Below, piece by piece: positions 35,792 to 46,006 of a stretch of 64,000 nt of DNA. The stretch lies in IMG/VR virus record IMGVR_UViG_3300039412_000320; one strand, written 5' to 3'. Origin of the DNA: a virus. The notes under the pieces were generated by a model. The model worked only from the letters and a program-made list of their open reading frames with translations, did not search any database and was not told the DNA's origin. Within the stretch, counting starts at the first letter, position 1; every line of letters begins with the position of its first letter. The position numbers were made by a program, and so were the translations under genes.

Positions 35792-37945
35792 ATGGTTGAA
35801 AAGAAAACTACGACGACCCCCAAGAGCGTGTTGGTTAAGAGGGAACGGGGAGCCAATTTGCGTGTGGGGACCACCGAAATAAAGCGAAAGGTTGCTGCCA
35901 GCAAGGGTGGTAAGCAATACGCCTCCGCAGGCCCCCGGACCAGTATGACGAACGACGGAATGATTGCCGACGTTCTGGTTAGCCGGGTCCGCCAGATGGC
36001 GACCCAAGGCTCTCCCTTTGGGGCGCAGGGATGGGGGATGTACGAACTTACCCGCAACAAGACCGCCGCTCTGTTCAGTGATGGCACCCTCGGCAATGCC
36101 GACATCGCCGACAGCAACAACATTGGTTACTACAGCTACGAGTTTCCCGTAGACGCCCTCGAACTGCCAGCCAGCCGGGCGGAAGAACTCCGGTTCTATC
36201 GGCTTGCCTATGACCGGGACCCCATCGTCGGACGTGCTATCGACATGCACACCGAGCTTCCCCTGTCCAAGTGGGCATTAGAAAAGCCCAAGTGTTCCAG
36301 TGATGACTTTGCCGACTACGTTTACGACTTCTATCAGGGACTCATCAGCGGCACCAAGTTCTTTCAGGTTTTGATTCAGGCAGTCCGGGAGTATTGGACT
36401 ATCGGAGAGGCTTTCATCTTTATTCAGGAAGCCGAACCCGTTGAACCTTCCAAGCTGGCAAAGGCTCAGTTAGAAAAAGCGAAGGCTAAGAATAAGCAGC
36501 ATTCTAATTCTCAGTCCACCGAGCCGGGCATGGAAGGTGAAGGCTCCATGATGGGCGGTACATCGGATGCCATCTTGGACTTCCTCCAGCCTGAGAAGCG
36601 TTCAAGTTGGCTTAGAAAGAAATCCGCTGTTATCTGTGAAATCAAGAAGGCAGGCATTAAGTTCAATCTCTTCGCCCCCGATGAAACCATTGCCAACGTC
36701 AAGAATGAAATCCGCAAGAAGAAAATCAGCTACACAAAGAAAGCGGTCAGCATTAAGAGCTTCATCAAGCTGGCTATGGACAATAAAGAATCTAAACTCA
36801 TCTCCCGTGATGATGCTGACGATGACTACCCTATTCAGGTAAAGGTCGCCGCTCCTCCTGATGCGGGCGCACCCCCACCCGCTGGTGGAGAGGGAGCGCC
36901 GATGGGAGACGCCGGGTTGGAAGGCGTTGCTGGTGTAGACCCCATGGGAGAACCCGGTGGAGACCTTCCTCCCGGTGACTTGGGTGGAGATTTAGGTGGA
37001 GATTTAGGTGGAGGCGGTGGGCTTCCCCCTATGGGAGGCGGTGGTGGAGGGGGAATGCCTCCCGAGCCGACGACCCCCGGCGACCAAGTGGGTGCGGTGC
37101 AGAATGCCATTGCCCAAGGGTCAACCCTCGCCAAGCAAAAGGAGCTTCTCGAACTCAAACGCATCATCAAACTGTTGGAGAAAAAGAAGCAGGTTTTGGA
37201 GGAGTTGCAGGAAATCCGTGAGAAGCGTAAGGAAGAAGAGGAGCTTTTCTCCCACTTGGAGAATAAAGACTACGAGGGCTTTGATGCCATCAATGTCCTT
37301 CCTCCCGAGCAGATAGAGCTTGAGGCCGGGGACAGCATGACAGCCGGGCCGACCGTATACTATAAACCGCTCGAAAAGCAGAAAACCGCATACCTTGAAG
37401 ACCCCGAGGTCGATTCCGAAGTCAAGGGTATGTTGGAAGCGGACGGCAAAGTTGCTTTGAACAAGGACCCCTTCGAGGGTTCTTACGTCATCCACTTCGC
37501 CCGCAAGAAGAGTGACTACGAGCTTCACGGTCGTTCTATCCTCCAGCGTTGTATCCGCACAGTCATCTACCGTGAAAAGCTGCGGCAAGTGCAGTCCACG
37601 TTGGCGTCTCGTAACATGACGCCCAAGACGTTAGTCATTGCTCCTGACATCCCGCCCGCCGAAGTTATGGCTCTTCGTGCGCACATTGACGAAGCCAAGG
37701 CCGACCCGGACTACAGCGTCGTGTTGAACTATGAGGCCCGGTGGGATGAAATTGGTTCAGATGGTAGGTTGCTATCTCTGGATGGAGAATGGCAGCACAC
37801 CAACTCTGACCTGTCTATTGGTCTTGGATTCAGCCCGGAAATCCTCATCGGTGAAGGACTCTATTCCGGCAACAAAGTCCAGTGGTCTCGCACAGTGTAC
37901 GTGGTTAATCGGGACGGAGACTTTGGACTAATTGAGTGCCCTTAA
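35792..37945 (+). CDS. putative portal or other virion structural protein with Gly/acidic-rich disordered segment
   Basis: 717 aa; 'FYRLAYDRDPIVGRAIDMHTELPLSKW'; '(GDLG)n GGGGG' tract; class A-like motif at 35766-35787. Confidence 0.35.
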   Translation: MVEKKTTTTPKSVLVKRERGANLRVGTTEIKRKVAASKGGKQYASAGPRTSMTNDGMIADVLVSRVRQMATQGSPFGAQGWGMYELTRNKTAALFSDGTLGNADIADSNNIGYYSYEFPVDALELPASRAEELRFYRLAYDRDPIVGRAIDMHTELPLSKWALEKPKCSSDDFADYVYDFYQGLISGTKFFQVLIQAVREYWTIGEAFIFIQEAEPVEPSKLAKAQLEKAKAKNKQHSNSQSTEPGMEGEGSMMGGTSDAILDFLQPEKRSSWLRKKSAVICEIKKAGIKFNLFAPDETIANVKNEIRKKKISYTKKAVSIKSFIKLAMDNKESKLISRDDADDDYPIQVKVAAPPDAGAPPPAGGEGAPMGDAGLEGVAGVDPMGEPGGDLPPGDLGGDLGGDLGGGGGLPPMGGGGGGGMPPEPTTPGDQVGAVQNAIAQGSTLAKQKELLELKRIIKLLEKKKQVLEELQEIREKRKEEEELFSHLENKDYEGFDAINVLPPEQIELEAGDSMTAGPTVYYKPLEKQKTAYLEDPEVDSEVKGMLEADGKVALNKDPFEGSYVIHFARKKSDYELHGRSILQRCIRTVIYREKLRQVQSTLASRNMTPKTLVIAPDIPPAEVMALRAHIDEAKADPDYSVVLNYEARWDEIGSDGRLLSLDGEWQHTNSDLSIGLGFSPEILIGEGLYSGNKVQWSRTVYVVNRDGDFGLIECP

Positions 37946-38023
37946 TGTCACCAGTTCCAGAGTCTCTATTTCCAAAGGGAGACTAGGGATTTCGATTGCT
38001 GTATCTGCGGTCTCCGCTTTGAT

Positions 38024-38296
38024 GTGTACTTGGAGGATGGGTTGGTAAAGATGCAAGACCATCGAGAAGGCAACATTCCCACCCCTGGTACGTGCGTGGA
38101 GGATAACACCGGCAGATGGCATATCGGCATAGCCAAGGATGCTCCATGGTGGTGGAAGCGCAAAGACATCCACCGGGACTTTAACCCCAAAACGGGCAGG
38201 GATGGTCATGACCATTATCCCTATGCCACGTTACCACCCCGTCCGCAACAGCCCGGTCCGGGAGAGTGCGAAATGGAGGCCCCCAATGTCAAATAG
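38024..38296 (+). CDS. hypothetical protein (frame stays open and protein-like back to the upstream stop at 37945)
   Basis: See findings. Confidence 0.35.
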   Translation: MYLEDGLVKMQDHREGNIPTPGTCVEDNTGRWHIGIAKDAPWWWKRKDIHRDFNPKTGRDGHDHYPYATLPPRPQQPGPGECEMEAPNVK

Positions 38297-38364
38297 CCTT
38301 TAGTGATTGGGTTGGTTATTTTCATTAAAATGACTATCAGCCCCTATATCAGAAAGAGAGGGGG

Positions 38365-38955
38365 TTGATTATGCCTACAGGGGTTTATGAGAGAACAGCA
38401 GAACAAAAACAGCGGTTAGCCCAATATGCTAACTGTAGAAAAGGTAAAAAGTATATAAATTCTCGGTTAACCTGCAAATATGGTCATCCGTTAACCGAAG
38501 ACAATTTAACGGGAGGAAAGAGAAGGCGGTGTAAGATATGTCGCCGAAATATTGTTGAAAAGTGGAGGCTTGCTAATCCTGAAAAGGTTGCAGCTAAAAC
38601 TCGTCGGTGGAGAAAAAATAACACAGAAAAAGACAAGCTTATACGCCGACGTTCCGTTTTAAAAAGGCAATATAAGTTAACTCCAGAAAAAGTAAAGGAA
38701 ATGTTTGAATTACAGGGAAGAAAATGTGCTAACTTAGGGTGTGGTTCTACTTCACCGGGGCGGAGGGGGTGGGATTGGTCAATAGACCATAATCACACTA
38801 CTTTGAAAGTGAGAGGAATCCTCTGTAATGGATGCAATGCTGCTTTGGGGTTTTTACACGAGAACAAGGAAAGAATTTTAGGATTGGCTGAATACCTTAA
38901 GAAATATGAGGAGGAAAAATGTTTGGACATTCTAACTGGGCTATCTTCGGCATAG
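38365..38955 (+). CDS. Endonuclease VII-family HNH nuclease
   Basis: 'WSIDHNHTTLKVRGILCNGCNAALGFL'. Confidence 0.7.
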   Translation: MIMPTGVYERTAEQKQRLAQYANCRKGKKYINSRLTCKYGHPLTEDNLTGGKRRRCKICRRNIVEKWRLANPEKVAAKTRRWRKNNTEKDKLIRRRSVLKRQYKLTPEKVKEMFELQGRKCANLGCGSTSPGRRGWDWSIDHNHTTLKVRGILCNGCNAALGFLHENKERILGLAEYLKKYEEEKCLDILTGLSSA

Positions 38956-40124
38956 AATCAGATTCTACAGTTTTTCAAAACAACCTTAATGGTGGTAATA
39001 TTCAGGAGTTTCTACAAGCTACGGTTTTGGCTGAAACTAAGGGAACCGAAACTGAAAGCATAGGCATAAATCCCTTCTTTAGCCCCCGCCTTGATGAGGA
39101 AAAGGAAGTTCCCCCCGCCTTAGACTTCTCATTGAGTAATGGATGTTATGGGTTTTGGCTAATAGTAAACGGGGGTAAAGACCTTCAAGACCCGATGTCA
39201 AAAAAGGAGGCACTCTCTTACCGAAATATGGGAAGACCCTTTAAGTTCCTCGCTAAAAAGGAAAAGGAGGTTATTGAAGAACAGGTCAATTCTTCTATTG
39301 TTACTTCTCGACAACAATTTCCCGTACTCTTGGATTTCCCACATGGGCAGGCGTTTATTGAGAATACTTCCAAAGATGTTATCCTTGCTCTACGGAACAT
39401 CCTTGAGGATTTAGGTGTAAAGACGTTCTCCCTCTGCTGGTCGTTCGGGGGGGCGGAATGGCCGTCTTTCTTTTTGAACAAAATCTACAACGGGACTCGC
39501 TATTCAGCGGAGATGAAATCCCGTGCGGACGAGCTTGCCAAATTCCGCCCGGATGAAGTAGAGAAGCTGGAAGACAAAGAGATGGAAAAGATTGTTTCCG
39601 CTTTCTTCGCTTTCACACCCTTGGAGAATGAGTTTGTCGCCTGCCTCGGATGCCCGTCACAGGTGCGCATCCATAAGGTCAGCGACCCTGTGGGGGTAAC
39701 AAGTCCTTCCGTGGCGTTCACTCTGATGGAGATGACCAATGACCCCGAGCTTGCCGGGGCGAATCTTACCCTCGTGCAGCCGGTTGTCAAGAAGGTCAAG
39801 GGTGGCGGGGAGAAGATTGTCAACAAGCCTATCTTGAGCGTAGATATCAACCCCAATGTCAACAACTTCGACGCCGGGGCGGCATTGCTCCGGGGGTTCG
39901 ACATGCCAGAATTCAGGAAGCATGTCAAGCTCGCCATCAAGGCGCAGGGCGGGTTGCAAATCAAGGATTTCTGGGCTATCTGGCTAACCGATATGCATGA
40001 TGCCACGCTCACCATCGTTGACAGCATTATCAACGCCTTGGCATTAGACGGTGCGGGAAATTATGGACTGGCGGTGATTGGCACCGAAGCGGATTCCAGC
40101 GAGGAGATTAAGGATGAGTCTTGA
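38919..40124 (+). CDS. hypothetical protein
   Basis: SD GAGGAGG 4 nt before ATG; overlaps the upstream gene's 3' end. Confidence 0.55.
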   Translation: MFGHSNWAIFGIESDSTVFQNNLNGGNIQEFLQATVLAETKGTETESIGINPFFSPRLDEEKEVPPALDFSLSNGCYGFWLIVNGGKDLQDPMSKKEALSYRNMGRPFKFLAKKEKEVIEEQVNSSIVTSRQQFPVLLDFPHGQAFIENTSKDVILALRNILEDLGVKTFSLCWSFGGAEWPSFFLNKIYNGTRYSAEMKSRADELAKFRPDEVEKLEDKEMEKIVSAFFAFTPLENEFVACLGCPSQVRIHKVSDPVGVTSPSVAFTLMEMTNDPELAGANLTLVQPVVKKVKGGGEKIVNKPILSVDINPNVNNFDAGAALLRGFDMPEFRKHVKLAIKAQGGLQIKDFWAIWLTDMHDATLTIVDSIINALALDGAGNYGLAVIGTEADSSEEIKDES

Positions 40125-40491
40125 TTTCTATCTTGAGTACCCGATAAACCGGCTGCGGAACTGCCCGGAGTGCGGGTCTACTCTCCCTGAGTTGGATGAA
40201 AGGGAGGTTGTGTATGATAGCAATATCACTCACAATCTTGGCAGGATGGCAGTGGAAGCGGGTATTTATAAGCACCTCTGGCGACCCGAGGAGATTGGTA
40301 TCACCAAGGCAGAGGGGCTTATTGAGCCGCTCACTAAGGCGATAGCTGAGATGAAGGCTGGCCCTGCCCGGTTTGAGAAATTCAATGCTTCCAACGGATG
40401 GGGATTGTACGTTCACTTTGTTCCCTTCGTGGAGGAAATTCTCGCAGCGTGTAAGAAACACCCGAAGGCTTGCCCTCGGGCGTCAAGATAA
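40114..40491 (+). CDS. hypothetical Zn-ribbon protein
   Basis: 'MSLDFYLEYPINRLRNCPECGS'; start overlaps the upstream stop. Confidence 0.45.
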   Translation: MSLDFYLEYPINRLRNCPECGSTLPELDEREVVYDSNITHNLGRMAVEAGIYKHLWRPEEIGITKAEGLIEPLTKAIAEMKAGPARFEKFNASNGWGLYVHFVPFVEEILAACKKHPKACPRASR

Positions 40492-40518
40492 CGCAGTATT
40501 ATACAAAGGAGGCCAGTC

Positions 40519-40995
40519 ATGGCAGTCGAAAAAGACTTTGATGAGGGGGAGACATATATCTCCCTGCCACAGGCAGAGGTAGCTGTAATCGTCATGGATG
40601 AACACGGGTTGGTGCTTCTCGGCAAAGCCAAGGAAGGCATCGACAAAGACCGGATAACCGTTCCCATCGGTCAAATCATGTCCTTCGAGTCGTTCTTTGA
40701 AACGTCCCGTCGTCTTGCTATCGAGTGGTCCGGGGTGGACATTGACCCTCAGCACGCCCTGTTTGTGTGCGAGGAAATTCGACAGGACCAACAGGTCCAT
40801 CGGCTGGTGGTGTTCGTGTTCGCCAAGCGCATGGGCAGGATTTCCGGTAACTCCGATGCTCTATGGGTTGATGTCCGGGACCTCGGTCAATATCAAGACG
40901 AGATGACTGACATCGCCGTGGAGGGATTCCAGAAGCTCAGCACCGTCCTGCAAAGGCAGGCGGCTCACGTTGCCTCTATTCCCAAACAAGCATAG
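40519..40995 (+). CDS. Nudix-like hydrolase (degenerate Nudix box)
   Basis: 'GQIMSFESFFETSRRLAIEWSG' approximates Gx5Ex7REUxEExGU; class B motif upstream. Confidence 0.35.
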   Translation: MAVEKDFDEGETYISLPQAEVAVIVMDEHGLVLLGKAKEGIDKDRITVPIGQIMSFESFFETSRRLAIEWSGVDIDPQHALFVCEEIRQDQQVHRLVVFVFAKRMGRISGNSDALWVDVRDLGQYQDEMTDIAVEGFQKLSTVLQRQAAHVASIPKQA

Positions 40996-41013
40996 GAGAG
41001 GTAACGTAACGCT

Positions 41014-42120
41014 ATGAATCTAATCTCCTTTCGTCCCACGGCTTGGAGCGAAGTCGTGGGACAAGACAGAGTCGTATCCTTACTCAAGAGTCTCCTGACT
41101 ACGGGAAAGTTTCTTCCTCGTGGTTTCATCCTCAAAGGTCCATGGGGCCTTGGGAAAACCTCTGTGGCCTACCTTCTTTCCCGTGCGCTCATGTGCGCCG
41201 GGAGTGACCCACTGGGTTGTGGAACGTGCCCCTCCTGTCGCTTCATCGACCAAGAGACAATTGAGCATGACGCCGACTTCTTTGAAACGGATGCTGCTGA
41301 ACACCCCGGCGTGCAAGATGCCCGCAATTTAATGGACTGCATGGCGCAGCCGCCCATCACTGGGAAGCGCCGGGTCGCTGTGATTGATGAAGCCCATCGG
41401 CTTTCTTCGGAAGCTTGGGATGTTTTCCTCAAGCCACTGGAGCGCCCCGACACTGACAGTATCTTCATGTTCGTTACCACCGATGACAACCGCATCCCCA
41501 AGACCATCCAGTCCCGCTGTTTGCCGCTGACTTTCTATCGTGCCACAGACGACGTGATTACCGGCCTGATGGCGAGCATAGCCTCCCGTAACGGCATTGA
41601 CTATGAACTTGATGCTATCAAGGACATCGCCAAACACTCCAAAGGCATCATAAGGGAGGCGGTCCGTTGGCTGGGATTCGCCGCCGCACTGGGCAAGGTG
41701 AACAGGGAGAACGTTGACAAGGTTCTGGATAATCCCCTAGAAAGCGTATGCTACAGCATCCTGCTGGCTATAAGCCATGGGGACCAAGCCGCTGCCGTCA
41801 AGCTTGCCGACGATGGCGCACGGGTAGCGCTTCCAACCAAGGTCATTGAAACTACCTTTTCCCTTTATGCCAAGTCCCCATGGTCGGAGCCAGCCTCGGA
41901 GCTTGCTCGTATTGCTGAGACGCTCCCCAACATTAAGGAGACTTCCGCTATATTTCTCAAATGGTTAGCGACCCCGTTCATTCCCGCTGATGCCCTCCCC
42001 CTTTTTGTGTACGAGCTTATGGCGGCGGCGAGAATCCTCAAATCAGTCAAGCCGCCGACCAATGCTCCAAGCAAGAATTTCTCTTCCAGCCAAGCCATCC
42101 TGAAAGGTGAAGTTTTGTAA
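41014..42120 (+). CDS. Clamp-loader AAA+ ATPase subunit (DnaX/gp44/RFC-like)
   Basis: 'GPWGLGKTS', Zn module 'CGTCPSCRF', 'VIDEAHRL', 'QSRC'. Confidence 0.75.
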   Translation: MNLISFRPTAWSEVVGQDRVVSLLKSLLTTGKFLPRGFILKGPWGLGKTSVAYLLSRALMCAGSDPLGCGTCPSCRFIDQETIEHDADFFETDAAEHPGVQDARNLMDCMAQPPITGKRRVAVIDEAHRLSSEAWDVFLKPLERPDTDSIFMFVTTDDNRIPKTIQSRCLPLTFYRATDDVITGLMASIASRNGIDYELDAIKDIAKHSKGIIREAVRWLGFAAALGKVNRENVDKVLDNPLESVCYSILLAISHGDQAAAVKLADDGARVALPTKVIETTFSLYAKSPWSEPASELARIAETLPNIKETSAIFLKWLATPFIPADALPLFVYELMAAARILKSVKPPTNAPSKNFSSSQAILKGEVL

Positions 42121-42155
42121 AAAACAACTTCCTAATCCTTAATCGGGAAGAAGTT

Positions 42156-42905
42156 ATGTTCATTTATCTCATTGTTAACCACGAGACCGGTAAGTACTAT
42201 GTCGGTCAGCATAAGGGGAACAATCTAAAGAAATATCTTCAGCAGAAGTTTCACCACGCCCAAAGAGGTATCTCAAACCAATCTCGCCTTTATCAGTCTA
42301 TGCGAGCACACTCAGACCCCTCTTCTTGGTCCATACACGCCCTCCGGGCCGACATCACTGACCGAGAAGAGCTTGACCAAACTGAACGGGATTTCATCAA
42401 GTTCCTGCGGTCGCAGGACCCTGAGTATGGGTACAATATATGCCGGGGTGGGGAGGGAAGAACCGGACCCCTTTCAGATGAAACTCGTAAGAAGATTGGA
42501 GAAGGTAATAAGGCTGCTTGGGCTAATCCAGAGACTAAACAGTCCCGCATTGACAGCATACGGAAATGTATGTGTAACCGAGAGGTGTCTCAGGAAACAA
42601 GACAAAAATTGAGCAATGCATTAACGGGCAGAGAAGTTCCAATTGAGGAAAGAATCAAGATGAGTAAAGTAGCGAAAGGAAGAAAGCAGGCTCCCGAATG
42701 CACTGCTAAAATATCCGCATCCAATCGTGGTAGAAAACGGTCGGAAGAATTCCGTGCTAAGTGCAGACAGAGGGTTGTGTCAGATGAGACTAGAGCCAAA
42801 CTTAGTAAAATAGCGAGTGCGAGACGGCTTTCTCCCGAGATACGTGCCAAAATCAGTAAAAGCACACAGGGAAGACAACGGGATAAGCTAGGACGTTTGC
42901 GCTAA
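42156..42905 (+). CDS. GIY-YIG homing endonuclease (paralog family A) with NUMOD repeats
   Basis: 'MFIYLIVNHETGKYYVGQHKG'; class A motif at 42126-42147. Confidence 0.8.
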   Translation: MFIYLIVNHETGKYYVGQHKGNNLKKYLQQKFHHAQRGISNQSRLYQSMRAHSDPSSWSIHALRADITDREELDQTERDFIKFLRSQDPEYGYNICRGGEGRTGPLSDETRKKIGEGNKAAWANPETKQSRIDSIRKCMCNREVSQETRQKLSNALTGREVPIEERIKMSKVAKGRKQAPECTAKISASNRGRKRSEEFRAKCRQRVVSDETRAKLSKIASARRLSPEIRAKISKSTQGRQRDKLGRLR

Positions 42906-42932
42906 ACAATCAGTATTATACTGTGGAGGACC

Positions 42933-44117
42933 ATGTTACTAACATATAGAGACTGCTCCAAGCTGAAAGGCAAGGAGTGGTGTATGCTGGAAGTTCGCAG
43001 CGAGAAGACCATCGAACCCACCCTACGCCGGATAGGCAAACAAATACCTCAGATTTTTCGAGAAGATGCTGTGGAATTGTTCATACCGGTAGGTCACCGG
43101 GACCTTGACGTTTTTGACCTCACGGCGGCGGCGTACCTCTTTGTCCGCAGTGATAGTTTCCAAGGGCTATTGCGGCTAAAGACCATCACGGGTGTGGTGT
43201 CTCTGGTCACTGAGGGAGATTCAAACCGGCCAAATAAGGTAATAAGAGTCTCCGACACGGAAGTTCAGAAGCTTATGTCCCCTGCCGAGAAGCAGTTCAG
43301 GGAACACTCCTCCGGGGTAGAGGTGGGGTCCTTTGTCCGGGTTCTTAACGGCGAGACCCGAGATTTCTGTGGGACGGTAACAGCTATTGGAGCCGGGCGG
43401 GCGGTCATTCGCATAACCTTGAAGACCAAGAGTATCATGCTGGAGACCCCTGTTCGGAACCTCCTCAACCTCTCCTATGTTCCCAAAGACATACGAACTT
43501 ACTACTATTGTCCCCTTGTTTCCACCCTCAAGGAAGATGACGAAAAGGAAGGAGAAAAGGCCCTCTCCGAACTTTATGCTGAGTTCGACGCCGAAGAGGC
43601 TGAGGCGCTCAAGGAAGCAACTACCGAAAAAGAGATTGGGGAAATCAAGGACTCCACTGTCCGCAGGAAGTTTGCCGCCGCCAGCCGGGCGAAGGATATC
43701 AAGGAGGCTTTAAGCCTCATCCGGGAAGACACCAAGCTGGGAGAGTCTCCCCTCGTTCCCACCGCCAAGCGGAAAGACCAGCACGAGCCGCTCAAGAAGT
43801 CCCGGCAGAAGACGGTCACAGCCCTTGTGCGCAAACTCATTCTCGTGGATGGCATCCACGTTCCCTCCACCATCGCTGCCAAAATTGTGGAGGCCATCAA
43901 GAAAGGGGAAGTCAAATCCCCTAAGAACTACTTCATTATTTACACAATAGTGAAGGATAACGTCATGAAGCACTGGGTGAAAAAGGAAAATCCAGCCTTC
44001 AAAAACTACCGGGAAGTGGTGAAGAAGTATGGAGATACCTATAAGTTTTCCGCTAAACAGATGGCAAAGGTGGACCCCTCACTACCAATTCCTTTAGGTA
44101 GCAGCAAAGAGGAGTAG
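42933..44117 (+). CDS. NusG-like (NGN + KOW) transcription factor with long Lys-rich C-terminal extension
   Basis: KOW-like 'EVGSFVRVLNGETRDFCGTVTAIGAGRAVIRITLKTKSIMLETPVRNL'; class B motif + GGAGG directly upstream. Confidence 0.45.
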   Translation: MLLTYRDCSKLKGKEWCMLEVRSEKTIEPTLRRIGKQIPQIFREDAVELFIPVGHRDLDVFDLTAAAYLFVRSDSFQGLLRLKTITGVVSLVTEGDSNRPNKVIRVSDTEVQKLMSPAEKQFREHSSGVEVGSFVRVLNGETRDFCGTVTAIGAGRAVIRITLKTKSIMLETPVRNLLNLSYVPKDIRTYYYCPLVSTLKEDDEKEGEKALSELYAEFDAEEAEALKEATTEKEIGEIKDSTVRRKFAAASRAKDIKEALSLIREDTKLGESPLVPTAKRKDQHEPLKKSRQKTVTALVRKLILVDGIHVPSTIAAKIVEAIKKGEVKSPKNYFIIYTIVKDNVMKHWVKKENPAFKNYREVVKKYGDTYKFSAKQMAKVDPSLPIPLGSSKEE

Positions 44118-44121
44118 AATC

Positions 44122-45027
44122 ATGAGTAATATCGCACCCACGGGAACCACGGGATATATGGGCAACACGGGATATACGGGTCCATTGTCGCCCCCGGCCC
44201 CGGTCGCCCCCACCGTAACTGTGCCGCAGGAAATTTTGAATAAGATGGTGAACCACCATATCACGCTCAACTATGTCATCGTTCTCATCCTGTTTTTTGT
44301 TCTCACCTGTGGCGGCGTAGGAGCGTACTACGGCCTTAAAGGATATGACAAACTCATGCAGCGGGCGGAGGCTTCTGAGAAGCTCATGGTTCAGTATGAG
44401 CAGTCGTGGAAGCAGGCCGACAGCCAGTATCAGAAGGAGGCGACGGAACATGCCGCTGACCGGGCGCAATGGGCCACACAGATTGCCGCCGCCAACGCCA
44501 AGGAAGCTGGCCTCATTCAGCAACTAAAAGACCTCAACACCAAGGTTGACCAGTCCATTACCGCCGTTCTCCAGCCGGGCAAGTCGGCACAGGAAGTATT
44601 CGGGGACTTGAAGGATTCTTACAAGAACACCCCGCTGCCGCTCACACTTAACGTATCCGCCGACCCGGCGACGAAAGAACAGTTGCTCACCTTCCCCATC
44701 ACCATCGTGCAGCAGTTTACCGCCACGAAACTGGACCGGGACCGGCTGGCAAGTAACGTGGACAACCTTAACCAACAGATAACAACCAAGAACCAGACCA
44801 TTGACGGTCTGACCAAGACCAACGCCAGCCTGACTACGGATTTCAATGCTCTTCGGGCCGATGATGACAAGCTTAAGCTCGCCAACGGGCAGTGCCAAGA
44901 CACTGTGAAGAAGTACAAGGCAGTATCCGTCAAGACGAGATGGCAGAAAATTTGGGCGGGCACCAAAAAGGGTGCGGAGATTGCCGGGGCGCTATTAGCC
45001 GGTTATGAACTGGGGAAACACTTATGA
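44122..45027 (+). CDS. membrane-anchored coiled-coil protein with N-terminal GYTGP mini-collagen-like tag
   Basis: 'TGTTGYMGNTGYTGP', one TM helix, then long coiled coil. Confidence 0.45.
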   Translation: MSNIAPTGTTGYMGNTGYTGPLSPPAPVAPTVTVPQEILNKMVNHHITLNYVIVLILFFVLTCGGVGAYYGLKGYDKLMQRAEASEKLMVQYEQSWKQADSQYQKEATEHAADRAQWATQIAAANAKEAGLIQQLKDLNTKVDQSITAVLQPGKSAQEVFGDLKDSYKNTPLPLTLNVSADPATKEQLLTFPITIVQQFTATKLDRDRLASNVDNLNQQITTKNQTIDGLTKTNASLTTDFNALRADDDKLKLANGQCQDTVKKYKAVSVKTRWQKIWAGTKKGAEIAGALLAGYELGKHL

Positions 45028-45227
45028 AATTAGAGATTTACAGTACTATCAATCAGAAGAAGTTCATCGCCAGTGACCCGGAAGATGACCACGCACCACT
45101 CCTCTCATTGGAGTTCTACAACGATATGTCCAGCGGCATCCTCTACGAGGATAAGCTTGAAATCGCCAAGAAGGTGCTGACCGACGCCTCTGAACTGTGC
45201 TTCAAAGCACTCATGAAGGGAGTTTAA
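45024..45227 (+). CDS. hypothetical small acidic protein
   Basis: ATGA overlap. Confidence 0.4.
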   Translation: MKLEIYSTINQKKFIASDPEDDHAPLLSLEFYNDMSSGILYEDKLEIAKKVLTDASELCFKALMKGV

Positions 45228-45228
45228 G

Positions 45229-45789
45229 ATGAAAGTAGAAAGCCTTAGTATTCATAGGATTAGCGTAAAGCTATCATGTGGCTGCGGGGTCATTGCCGAC
45301 TTCAAAGACAGGCTTTGCAAGGAGCCATTCGCTCCCTTACCCAACAAGGAGGGTGAGGAAGTGGTGGAAGCCAGCAAGGTCTATGACATCTGTAAGAAGC
45401 ACGCCAAGGACCCGCAGCGCTCCATGTTGGAGTTTATGATGGCGGAGCGTCTGGAAGAGGCCGTTGCGGAGGCGCAGAAGGCTCCAGCAGCGCCTCAGAG
45501 GCTTGTTGCCGGTGTACCCATGGCTCCGACCGAGAACTTTGATGGTGAGGCCGTACAGAAGGTTGCCGCCCTCGCCGGGCCGAAGCGCCCGCCCATCGTT
45601 AAGACCATCAAGCGGAATCAGGAGCAGCTTGCCGCAGCCGGGGCGGCGGTAGACCGGGAGTTGGCTGGTGTGGCGGCAGAAGAATCCGGGGTAGCTTTTG
45701 CTGCGGATGGACCAGCACAATCTTTGGACCAGTTGTTGGATGATAGTGACCCGACCGAAAACAAGAATTTGACGCAGGCCAAGGATTAG
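45229..45789 (+). CDS. hypothetical protein
   Basis: ORF with Ala-rich low-complexity centre. Confidence 0.45.
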   Translation: MKVESLSIHRISVKLSCGCGVIADFKDRLCKEPFAPLPNKEGEEVVEASKVYDICKKHAKDPQRSMLEFMMAERLEEAVAEAQKAPAAPQRLVAGVPMAPTENFDGEAVQKVAALAGPKRPPIVKTIKRNQEQLAAAGAAVDRELAGVAAEESGVAFAADGPAQSLDQLLDDSDPTENKNLTQAKD

Positions 45790-46006
45790 GGCATGATGTT
45801 TTGCGCCCGCCCAATCCCCATGAGGTAGGACTTGCTGTAGGACCTTGCCAGCACTCGAAGCCGGTAGAAGTTATTCTTAAGGGGCAGTTGGCCTTCCCGG
45901 AAGATGAAATACCCTTCTCCGCCCACCAAATAACTGAGGCACATCCTTGGCCCCCGGCGCTCGATTGCTCCTCGTGTCATCTTACCGGTGTTTCCTGCCA
46001 TAATAC

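Noticed and set aside
45786-46001. 71-aa minus-strand ORF downstream of the Endo VII gene, and the overlapping 45801-46157 plus ORF.
   Set aside because: Weak start context (CTATAAGGTAGG variant only); sequence composition is not convincingly protein-like. Left unannotated as uncertain.
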